From NCBI GenBank assembly GCA_973895155.1, contig OZ316895.1:8482184-8546183 (forward strand): a stretch of DNA of 64,000 bases, read 5' to 3'. The position numbers and the translations under genes were made by a program. The notes under the pieces are model-generated. The model made no database searches. It saw only the letters and a program-made list of their open reading frames with translations, and was not told the origin of the DNA. Of the stretch, positions 54,101-64,000 are shown in pieces. Source of the stretch: Marsupella aquatica (taxonomy: Eukaryota > Plantae > Marchantiophyta). How positions within the stretch are numbered: the stretch's first letter is position 1; every line of letters starts with the position of its first letter.

Positions 54101-55433
54101 GAGGAGAGGCTGTAAGGGCAGGTGGAAAGAAAGCACGGAACAACTGTGGATCGAAGGAGTGGATTTCACCAGACACCTCGTCACGTGCTGCTGCTGAAGG
54201 GCCTGTGCTTGTGCGCTGATCATGCTTGGAGCCTGTTTGATGACGTGTTGGTGATCTTGAAGGTGAACGTCGACGCCTCGTTTGCACATCCATAGGGGAA
54301 AAAGATCGGTCCCGGCGGGACCTTACTGGAGGAGACCGCCCAGGAGGAGATGTTTCAAGTGGCCTTTCTCTACCACCACCTCTTCTTTCTCGAGACCTGT
54401 CTCGTGACCTCTCTAGTTCCCGGTCTCTACCTCGTCTATCTCGAGGCCTCTCCTCCTCTCTACTCGGCTTCCTATCTCGACCGTGATCTCTGTCTCTGCT
54501 CCTAACCCTATCGATATCCTTCTCTCGCTCCCGATTCCTATCCCTGTCTCGGTCTCGGTCTCTGCTTCGGTCTCGGTCTCTCTTCATTCCACTGTCTCTG
54601 CTTCTCCCCCTACCTAAGTCCCTCTCCCCTTGAGCTCTACGCAAACGTTTGGTTCGTGGTGAAGGTGACCGAGAACGAGAAGGAGAAGGAGCTGGAGGGG
54701 ACCTGGCAGGAGAGCTTGAGTAGGACCTATGACATTGCACATACCCCACCAAAAACGTGGGTAACCGTTAGGTTTACAAGCGAAGGTATTAAAATTGAAA
54801 TCGTAGTTCATTCTGCCCGTTGTTGAAAGTCAAAAGACTACCCCAGGCCTGCTCTGACCTGATTTAATCTGCTAAGGACAACGATGTCAACACTCTGGAA
54901 AGACAATGCAGGTGAAAGACGTGACAAGGATCGTAAAAATTCAGGACGATTGCGTGTTTTTTTCTGAAGCCGGTACCATTTAGCTTTCTGTACAACTAAA
55001 TAAATAGGAAGACACTAGTTCGTAAGGACTGGAATAGACTCTCTAGACTTGATCCACCAATCATCATTCGACAACAATCGCAGACCTTTTCGTGACCGGC
55101 CGAATATCTAGGTGCTGTGCTCGCGATTTCACGACGCCTTAGGTACGGGCGAAACATGAGGCTCTCTTGGAAATAGACCAGAACCTCATCGTTCCTTTCA
55201 TTCTCATCAATTGACATGACCTAAACCAATTCTTTACAAGACTACCGTCGTCATCGTCGTCCTCGAGGGAGCAAAAGTAATTGCGGGTCGACACAGGCTT
55301 GAAGAGAGCAAGATGATCATGGTTTAACGAGAATCGAAGGAGCAAAAATTCAACCATGGATGGTGCAGTACCTTCGGGAGGAGTGTGAACGCCTAGGTGC
55401 TGCAGGACCATCTCCATTTCTTGGGGCCGCCAT
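51199..55433 (-). CDS. DDL: FHA-domain protein DAWDLE/SNIP1 with RS/RD-rich N-terminus; about 11 exons
   Basis: Exon peptides MAAPRNGD..., RSRSPSPR..RDRDRD, EQPSFEYSGKLAAETNKV, F.EPPEARKP..RWRLYVFK, LFGRERRVADIPTDHPSCSKQHA, PYLMDLGSTNGT, ERLDPQRYYEMFEKDTIKFGNSS and REYVLLHE. First exon 55433-55372 is phase-compatible with the exon starting at 54726; a 32-nt micro-exon at 53639-53608 is needed for phase. Confidence 0.92.
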
Positions 55434-56624
55434 CGCTTCGCCTCGCCTCGCCTCGCCTCACCACGCCACGAGTTTAGACAATGTACTCGAAGCTAATTTT
55501 AATCGCTCTTCTTCGATCCTCGCGATTCCCATTTTCCCTCCTCTAATGAAAACTCCGGTACAGTCTCTTTCTCTCGTTTCGCATCGGAGAATTATCGGAC
55601 TCCGTTACCTCCCTCCCGGGCCCGGGCCCTGGCCCTGGCCCTCCGTTGGCCTCCCGTCCACTGGCCCTCCCCTAGTCCCCTACCGTAGTCCCCTGGCCTG
55701 GCCTCCACTTCGAGTGAAAAAGGGGGTCACTAAATTCTTCTCTCCCTAAATGAAACCCTTTTGTGTACTTTTTCCTTTGCAATCTATGGATGGTTCCGTT
55801 AGGGCGTCTCAAAGCTTCTAACTTATGGATGATGGCATTAGGCCTTAAAGGAATGGGCATAATTTTTCACAAGGTTTTGTAAACATTTTCTTTGTGTTTT
55901 TGGTCACTGGCCTCTAGAGTGAGTGATGGTAATGGTATAAGAACAAGCCTTGTGTCCATAACCTGTAACTAAGGAGTTAAGGTACATCAAATTGAGACTC
56001 CTTATTACCCCCTCCCCCCCCCCTGCCAGCCTAGCATATGGGTTGAGAGATTTTGGCCCCTGAATATCCTGCCTGGAGGGTTATCAAATTTTGAACTTTT
56101 GCTCGGATAAAATTTGCATTGGATCTATGAGAAGGTCTCAGACTTCCGACCACCTCATTGGAGGTCTCCTCATCTGGCCGCTTGGTCCATTTCTATTTTG
56201 AGTCATTTGCATTAAAAGTGGACCCATGAGTCCTTCATGAGATGTTTGTGTGTCAGAACTATAAGGGCTCTAACCAAAGAACTAGGTCACTTTGAGGTGG
56301 AGTGGGTCCCCAACTTGTCTTTTAATAAATTAAGTTAGCACCATTTGCTGGAGTTAGCTTTTTATTACCAGTTGTTGGGGACAAAGAGGATTCCAAATAC
56401 TCTCTTAGCCCCACAAGACTATCTTTACTATCTGAAATGGCCCTCCAATTTGCTTTGGCCGAGAAAACTTCACAAGTGCCTCCCACCGTCTTGTAAAACC
56501 ATCCTACGTCTAGACTAGATTTAGTCAAAACCATTACACTTAATCTTCTGGGCAAGAGATTGATTTGCAAGATCACCAGAATATTTATAGTTGCCTAAAT
56601 TGGTTTGCATGAACCCTTATAGAG

Positions 56625-56969
56625 TGTTAGGATTTACTCTTAGGTCTAGAGTTATGACTGTACCGTAGTTAAGGTTAACCTTAGTCGTAGACTTGATTAG
56701 GTTAGTCATGTTGTGCACACTCTATAACCAAGCAGTGTTTGCTTGGAGAGTGGGAACTCAGGCTCAGTGTTACGGAGCTAGTTGAGAGATAGAGAGAGCT
56801 TGCGCTGTGAATGCTTGGTATGGTCGATCGGCCAAGAGTGCAGTAAAGCTCTTGTGTGTTCCCATGGACGTAGCCTCGTGTGGAGGTGAACCACGTATCC
56901 TCCTGTGTCGACTCTTGTGCGTTGGATGGTTCATGGGCTTGCCGTTGCGATTGACGTCTATGCTCAACA
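56625..56969 (+). mobile_element. Solo LTR, 345 bp, with 5-bp TSD TAGAG
   Basis: tagag|TGTTAGG...GCTCAACA|tagag; related to the LTR at 57138-57470. Confidence 0.85.
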
Positions 56970-57137
56970 TAGAGGAGTTGCAACTTCTAGCCCATATTCC
57001 CTCAACTCACACTTGTTGATAAGTGCAACTTATTTTTACATAGAGTAAAATTTGCACTTATGAGATGGGGGTTCACATTTAGGGCAAGGATGTACAATGT
57101 ACTAAGAAATTCAATAGAATCTTGACTGAGAGAGTAA

Positions 57138-58065
57138 TGTTAAGGATTGCTCTTAGTCTTGTGACTCAAAGGTTATGGCACTTAGGCTAACCAGAGTTAG
57201 GGTCTTAGCTGAGGTTAGATTTAGTCGTGTGTGACCTTGTATATACCAGGGCTAGTGTAAGCCGCTGGTGTGTTGTGCTTACTCATTGTAACGGAGCAAC
57301 TTGAGGAAGAGGGAGAGCATGTGTATTCGTCTACTCTTGAAGTAAAGCTTGAGTGTTCATGTGGACGTAGCCTTGGAGAAGAGATGAACCACGTAGAGAT
57401 TGTGTCGACTACGTGTGCATGGAATGAGTAATGATTAGATCGTCATGAAGGAAGACGTCATAGTTCAACATTTGGTATCAGAGCAAACCTGGGAGGTGAC
57501 GCTAAGGTGACAATAGATTTTTTCGTGATGGATTTTCCAGCAGTTAGTGTCGGTTGATTTCACAAAGTTTTGTTGCATGAAACTTGCAGGTATCGGGCTC
57601 ATTGGATAGATCGGGGCAAGGGCTACCTAACGGTACAAAGAAATCTCTTAACGGAGTTTGTGGTGTTGAGGAATTTACGTTTCCATCATTCTGGATTTTT
57701 TGTGATTCGTGTTTGACAGTTCTTTCGGGGGGGACCTGAGATCTTTTTCTTGATGGTGTGAGCTTTGCGGTGCGTGAGGCGTCACAACCTATAGCTCAAA
57801 TTGTAGATCGGGCAAAGCTGATCATTTCGGTAGCTGGTTTGCTGTCAAGGGTGTACCGAGTGCAACGTACCAAGTAAAAGAGCCGTTATGAGTTTCTGAC
57901 CGGCTATGGAGTCTTCTTTTGACTCAAGCGGGCTTTCTTGTTGTTGTGTTCGACTCGGAGGAAGATTTGTGAAGTGCTACGACTTACAGGAGAGATTGCG
58001 TCAAGCCGGTCATTTTGAGCTAGGGATTAGCACTTGACGCTGAGAGGGGGAATCGCAGCGGAGAT
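57138..58065 (+). mobile_element. 5' LTR (57138-57470) plus tRNA-iMet primer binding site and leader of a truncated LTR retrotransposon
   Basis: TGTTAAG...TTCAACA followed after 2 nt by TGGTATCAGAGC (57473-57484). Shares tggacgtagcct..gaaccacgta..tgtgtcgact with the adjacent solo LTR. No gag ORF follows. Confidence 0.85.
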
Positions 58066-58927
58066 TTCTACTCTACTGGACCACCTGACGGCAAGGAGGC
58101 AAAATCCAAAAACATTTTTCTTCCGTTAGTGGCACTTTTCTCATCGAAACGGCAAGGCAAGAGTGTTTTTGCTTTGTAATCGGCAATTTTTATTTGGGGC
58201 ATTTTTGGCTTAGGTTTAGGGCGTTTTTCATGTGTATACACACAGGGTGTATACACACCCTCCCGGCCCCGATACCCCCCCTTCACGCCCGCTCCCGCAT
58301 ACAGGCAGCCGCGGCCGTGGCCTATAGCGCCGGCCGGCGCGTTTGCTGCCGTCGCGGCCACCTCACTCGCCCCACCGGTCGCCTCTCCCCGCCTCGCTAT
58401 GCGCCCGCGCCCTCATCCTGCCCACTGCCGCTTTGTGGCTCCGGTGCCTGCCTCACAAGTTGCGGCTGCGACTTAGTTTTTACACCCCGGCCCGGCCGTA
58501 CGCCCTCTATGCCCTTGTAATACTGTCTGGCCCATCTTTAGGGTTTAGCACCCCCTTTAGGCCCGGTTTTTAAACATTTTTTTCAGGTTTCTTATTGGAT
58601 GTGCCGCTTCCCGGGACCTGCCGCCCTCTGAATTAACCGCTTCGACACGGGGAACGGCCCCCTGTGAGACCTGTCGCACAATTCGGGGAATATTCTGAAA
58701 AAATAGAGAGCTATTTTTTGGCATTTAGTCAAAGATTCTGAGGTCCAAACAATAACTTTTTTGGATCTTTTTTGGCAAGGACGTAGCCATTGAAGCTAGC
58801 AACGCGGTGCACCAATCAATTTGCATTTCCGATGACAGGTGGTACTTGGCACTTTTGTTATTCCCCCAGGTGGTCAAAATGGGACAAAAATTTTGAATTT
58901 TACCCACTCCAACCAAAGACGGATCTC

Positions 58928-59916
58928 ACCTGTAGGGGCAGGGCGACTGGTGGCGGGGGTTGGCTAAGCTGAGGCGGAGCTTGAGCCTGAGCTGGTGCTG
59001 GTGTGGGCACGGCTGGGCTGGCACCGGTGGTCGATGGAGTGTTTGCCATGAAATTTTGTAGGTGCCGGTAGAGGTTTTACGACGCAAGTGTAGACGCCCT
59101 TGTAGATCGGGTAGCGCTGGACTCGCTGTTGATGATGTCCCAGACCCGAGCGGGGATGTGGTCAAAGTGGTGCCACTGTAAGTCGATTGTGCCCGGGATA
59201 TTGAAGACCTTGTTCAGGAGCCGAAGCAATGCCTCCCATAAGCCAATATATTTGCCTCCGTCGAAGAAGTACCCTGATATTTCTTGGGGTTGGTAAAGCT
59301 CGCTCTGGGATGGGTAATCAAAGTTAAGGAGATAGTGATGGCGGCCTGCTAGTAGGCGGATGGCTCTCTTGTACTCGCATTCGATCTTGTATCATTGCGG
59401 GTTGGCGTGTTTCAACGAGTCGACCAAGTGCCCTCTGATAGACAGGAACTACGTCCAAAATCGTATGGCCGAACTGGAAAGGATCGTGTGCGACATTTAG
59501 AGGAGATGGAAGGCGACTAAGGATAAGCAAGAGAACTGGGGTCAAAGTTGGCGCGTGGGTTGAAGAACTGGTGCACTGCAAAGGATCGGCCCCCTTTTTA
59601 TACCCTGAGAGCTCGTCGATCGCTTGTCGCGTCCTTGTTGCTTATAGGTCGTCAGTGGTCGCCTCCCAAAATTTGTTATACGGACCCGAGGGGAAAGAGT
59701 GGAGGGCCCATTACACGCTCACAACCTGGGTGTGCAAATGGCGATCTGCCGCCAGCCCAAACACAAACGCCCCTTATTGACTAATGATTTCCTACTCATA
59801 ATGGCTACCTAAATACTGTCGTTATGCTAATAATTACGGCCTAAGATATCCCTAACGCGCGTGCTAAGCGTCTTTAGGCCAAATCACTCATTACCCACCG
59901 TACCGGCGGCGTCACA
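58928..59916 (-). mobile_element. Truncated diverged copy of the 21426-25424 element (terminus, TATA, ATG at 59496 and about 190 codons)
   Basis: Collinear with about 24377-25424, with the same end ccgtaccggcggcgtcaca and many substitutions. Confidence 0.92.
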
Positions 59917-62700
59917 CTAATGTGTCTTGTTTTGTTCATGTTTCGTGGGTTTGATCAGGGCTCTCCATTTAATATAGCCATAATGGGGCATTGGGATGGA
60001 TTTCAAGCGGCTACTACTGTTCACAAAGATTGTTGGACTGTGGAGATTGTTATATTGAATGGTGGTAAACACCCACTCCCAAACTCCAAAATAGCTCAGC
60101 CTATTCCTTTACTCTTCATTCCCATGGACCATTGAAGTTGCTACAGAAAAAGAAGAAGTATCACCTATTGCAAGCATTTTTGAAACCCCTATGGGCAGAC
60201 TTTCAGAAATGTTTTGTTGATGGATTCCCATCAAATTTAGATTTCCGGTTCCTTCTTCCTTGATGTCAGATCCCTGGTCAGATCATAGAAATGATGAGGT
60301 CAATGTTTGAGTGATGGTCATGAGTTGGACAGGGGATGGGCCAGCTCAGAGTAAGATTGGCGGGACCTTGTTAATGGGCTATAATGGTTGTCGACGTGAC
60401 TTGTTACATTCTGAAAGTATCATGACAACTATAGGGAAGAATAAAAAGATTGTTGTTTACAATCACAATAGACAAGCAGTTAGGATTTCACCTGTGAGAC
60501 GAGATATTCAAGCCATGCATTTTTTTGGCAAGTGTTTAAGAGAGGCAGCAAACGAAGATCAAAGATCTGAGTTCAAACAGCAAAGTGGATTGTCATTCTA
60601 CTATGACATGTGATCCCTATATGATCTTTATGAATTTGATCTATCACTAGATTCTGTCCACGATCCAATGCATGGTTTATCATTAGGAGTACTCAAAAGT
60701 TTTAATGACAGACTATTGGGCTCTTGTAGCGCTGGAGAAGTTAGTAAAAAAATTGATGAAGGTCTTAGCACATGTTACCAATCATCGACCTGCCGGATTA
60801 GGTGCACGTTGGCCACGACCCCCTATATATGTGAAAAATATAAGAGGCCCAGGATCAAAGTGGAGGTTCTCAAACTATAAAGTGGAGGAACATGTGTTTT
60901 TCATCTTATATTGTGCAGCGCCTATCTTGGAGGAGTTGGGACATGGTCTTGGAACTCCTCTAGGTGCAGAAGGCTCTTTACTTGTACATTTAAGTAGATT
61001 GTTTTTTGTGGTTTCAAGAAGCAAGGATGGACTAGAGACATGATACAAAATGCAAGGCAACATTTCTCAGCCTGGCTAGTGCTTACAGAAGAAACTTATG
61101 GAGCAAACGGCCAAATAGTGGAGCATGTCATTGGTTGGAAACTCTTACTATCTTAATATGTTTATTATTCATTAATATTGTTGGCGTACGTCTTTCAAGT
61201 TCTCTGTTGTGTAATAGACTATTTCATGATTCTAGTTTGAAATATATGTGCTTATATCTTGTGTGTGTACTTGTCTTGAATGTGCACTAGGGAATGGAGA
61301 ATTGTTGGATGATATCCATAGACATGGTCACCATGACATTTTCTGGTGCTATAGTTTTGAGCGCATGGTTAGTGGTTATAACAGCATAAGTACAAATCAA
61401 AAATCCAATGAGCTGAGTTATGCACAGTACTTTTGCCGCCAACTCTTTTCAGAGTCTTTTTTTCAACTACAACAGGACAAAGATGGGTTGCACAGAGACC
61501 AAAGGACATTGAGATTGTTACAAGGTTCAGTGTATCCCGGCATCATTGGACTTCCAGCAAGAGCTGTTCCATGCTCCATATTTTACTCCAAGAAGGTTAC
61601 TTTGTTTTGTGACCAGCATAGAAAAAGCAAACCAGTTATGGACGCTACTGCAATTTATGAACAAGTCTGACTTGCCATCAGTGCAATTCAAGCTACTACA
61701 AAAGGAATAGCTGTTGGGCGACAAAAGGTGTGGAGGTTGATGTTCCTCTTGGTGGAAAGACATCGTCATGTCTTAGATCTTATTGGTCAGACCAAAGCCT
61801 TTTGAATTGAATCCTCAGAATGATAATCAGCTGAGAGACAGGATAGAGATTCTTCGGGCTGTTCTTGTGAATGGAGTGCTCTACAGAAAGAATGATTAGG
61901 TGGTGGTCCGGAACAATAGGAATGACAAATCAACCTTGAAATGTAAAATCAGGTCTTTTTTCCTCCATACATTTGATAGCCACTATCAGATTTTCTTTGA
62001 TGCACTTATCTACGCTCAAGTATCAACAGCAGGAGATAATGGTGAGGAAGTATTGTTTAGGACAGAATGTACAGACATGGAATTTTTTTGGGATGAACCA
62101 GGTGATGCTTACGAGACTAATATATTTCCAGTGAGGCACATCCTCCATCAATTCATGTCTCATCCCACTCATAAAACCAACAGGCAAGAAAGTGAGTGTG
62201 GCATTTGAGTTTGATGACATTACTCCTCGTACTCATCTGCTGATTCCTGGACGACCTGGGTGTTGTCCTCCTTGGCCAATGTGCAATGACGTTGTCATTG
62301 TTTCATTATCCCCTAGGGAGAAAAATGCACCTTTGCATTTAGCATCAATCACTTCAGTTGACTATGGTGATCTAGATGGCGTTGACAAAAATGAGATTCA
62401 CAATTGTGATAGAACACTGGAAGTTGCTTGGTTAGTACTTGATCATTCAACTGACCATGCTGAAATATTCAAGGTGAACTCCATCAATATATCGGGTCTT
62501 TACTTTGCTGTGGAAAAACATTTTGACACTGGTGGATCCTTCTTTATTTGAGAAACGACACTTGAAAAGTTCCATCACACAGAGTTGGATTGCATCACAT
62601 GATTGGACAAGAGGCTTGTATTAATTTGACACGTTCCAGGATTCAAGGTCCACCTGTACAGGAAGATCCATATGACAAATATCAATATCTGATAAAAGAC
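59917..62700 (+). pseudogene. Degenerate CACTA/EnSpm (CMC superfamily)-type transposase and downstream coding remnants
   Basis: WDGFQ...IVILN, GDGPAQSKIGG..GYNGCRR, DFVHDPMHGLSLGVLK and DDIHRHG...FWCYSFERM match the EnSpm-like DDE pattern (DGF, D.MH, FER). Many stops and frameshifts. Confidence 0.75.
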
Positions 62701-63299
62701 TATCGGTAATTAATCAGTACATTTCTTTGATGTTGAAATCTCTGCCCCTCTCGGGATCTCTGCCATATTTGGGCCTCTCCTTTGTAAGCTATTCTCGCCT
62801 GAGGTTACTAGGATCAAGCACTTATATTTGGCAGTTTTTTAGTTTTTGTGCATTGTGGCTGATATATATAGTGGTCTTGGGTTAGACACAGGTGATACTA
62901 GGTGATGATACAAATAGGTGCTGCACCCTAATCTCAGTACATATATGTCCGTTTATATCTAAGTTTGAATTGATTGGGGAGCTTCGTTTGTTTGGTTTGC
63001 TAGTACACAGAAGCTCTTATAGTGTTCACGAGAGTGTTTCGATCTGGAGAGTGTTAGCTACTTACGAATATAAGTACGGGTTAATTGATTCAAGCCGGAA
63101 TGGCACTCTCTTCATGTGGACCCGATTGATGTATTAGAGTATTTTGTGCCTACAATTAATTGATCCAAGCCACGATGGCACCTCGTTGAATTGGATCCCA
63201 TTGATCTAGCTAGCTAGGAAGTGCTTCGATCGGTGTACACGTACTGTCTAACTAATGCAGATCGACGACAGGCAGGGACGGATATCTAGATGCGCTTGG

Positions 63300-63460
63300 G
63301 CTAAGGTGTAAAGTTGATGGATCAAACACATTTAATTTCACACTTAAGACTGTAGACATTCGAAGAGTGTAAATCACTTTAAGACTTAATTGCACTTGGA
63401 CTTTAGGTGTAAAGTCACTTTAGCAGTTCATTGCACTTGGACCTAGGTGTAAATTTATTC
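63300..63460. repeat. Short degenerate tandem repeat, about 38-bp units
   Basis: gtgtaaa(g)tcacttta...ttgcacttggac repeated. Confidence 0.6.
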
Positions 63461-64000
63461 CCTAGAGCATTGCTAAGTGCAAAATATTTTTAACACCTCT
63501 AAAGGACACCTTTGAGTGCATTTTTCAGAGAACTTGGGTGTAAACCACGAAAGTTGCCCTGTGGTGCCTGATGAAGACACAGCCAATCAATCAAATGAAG
63601 GTGTTGGGGACAACACAAATGCACAGATTTGTTCTCATCCAGAATTATCAATCTCCACTTGGCTTTTATTTCTAATACTATGGGAATGATTTGAGATTTG
63701 ACAAGTCTTCATTGTTGAAATCTATCTACTTGTATCTGACTAATTAGCCTTCAGTTCGAGGAGAAGTGTTCAAAAAGTCTAGGGAAAAAACTTCAAGTCC
63801 AAACTTGGCCTTCAGTTCTCGGAGCAGTGTTCAGTAGCCTCGGGCAAGATTCAATTTCAAGTCCAAACTCCTGGCTAGACATCCGACAGTTCGCGTACCT
63901 TCTTGCTGTTGCTATACGGCGTTCCTGGAAGATCCACTGGCAGCGCTGCTATTGCCTCAAAGGTCGTCTTAAAGTTTTTCAAATTCTTGCTTCCTTGTGG

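Noticed and set aside
57473-57484. tRNA gene
   Set aside because: Only a 12-nt primer binding site complementary to the tRNA-iMet 3' end; no cloverleaf. No tRNA or rRNA genes were recognised in the window.
58066-58100. Helitron 5' end or CACTA TIR (tctactctactgg)
   Set aside because: It lacks the A|TC junction and an exact CACTA start, and no matching other end was found.

Overview
Eukaryotic nuclear DNA from a land plant, probably a bryophyte such as a liverwort (inferred only from gene style; not certain). No prokaryotic features. Five apparently intact spliced genes: an F-box protein (+, 6.4-9.8 kb), CTU2 (-, 11.8-15.3 kb), a large basic disordered protein with a TPX2-like N-terminal motif (+, 37.2-42.7 kb), a BTB/POZ protein (+, 47.0-49.0 kb) and a DAWDLE/SNIP1-type FHA protein (-, 51.2-55.4 kb). 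An intronless OST3/OST6 gene is frameshifted by a perfect 32-bp tandem duplication. Transposon clusters lie at about 16-30 kb and 56-63 kb. The most unusual feature is a 3,999-bp element (21426-25424) with LTR-type TG...CA ends, a perfect 5-bp TSD and no internal direct repeats or gag/pol, which looks like a giant solo LTR. It carries one ancestral ORF of about 877 codons. A diverged partial copy (58.9-59.9 kb) shows many synonymous changes, and a distant homologue (16.1-20.6 kb) has a similar layout, suggesting a family of protein-coding LTRs. All exon boundaries and alignments were done by eye.
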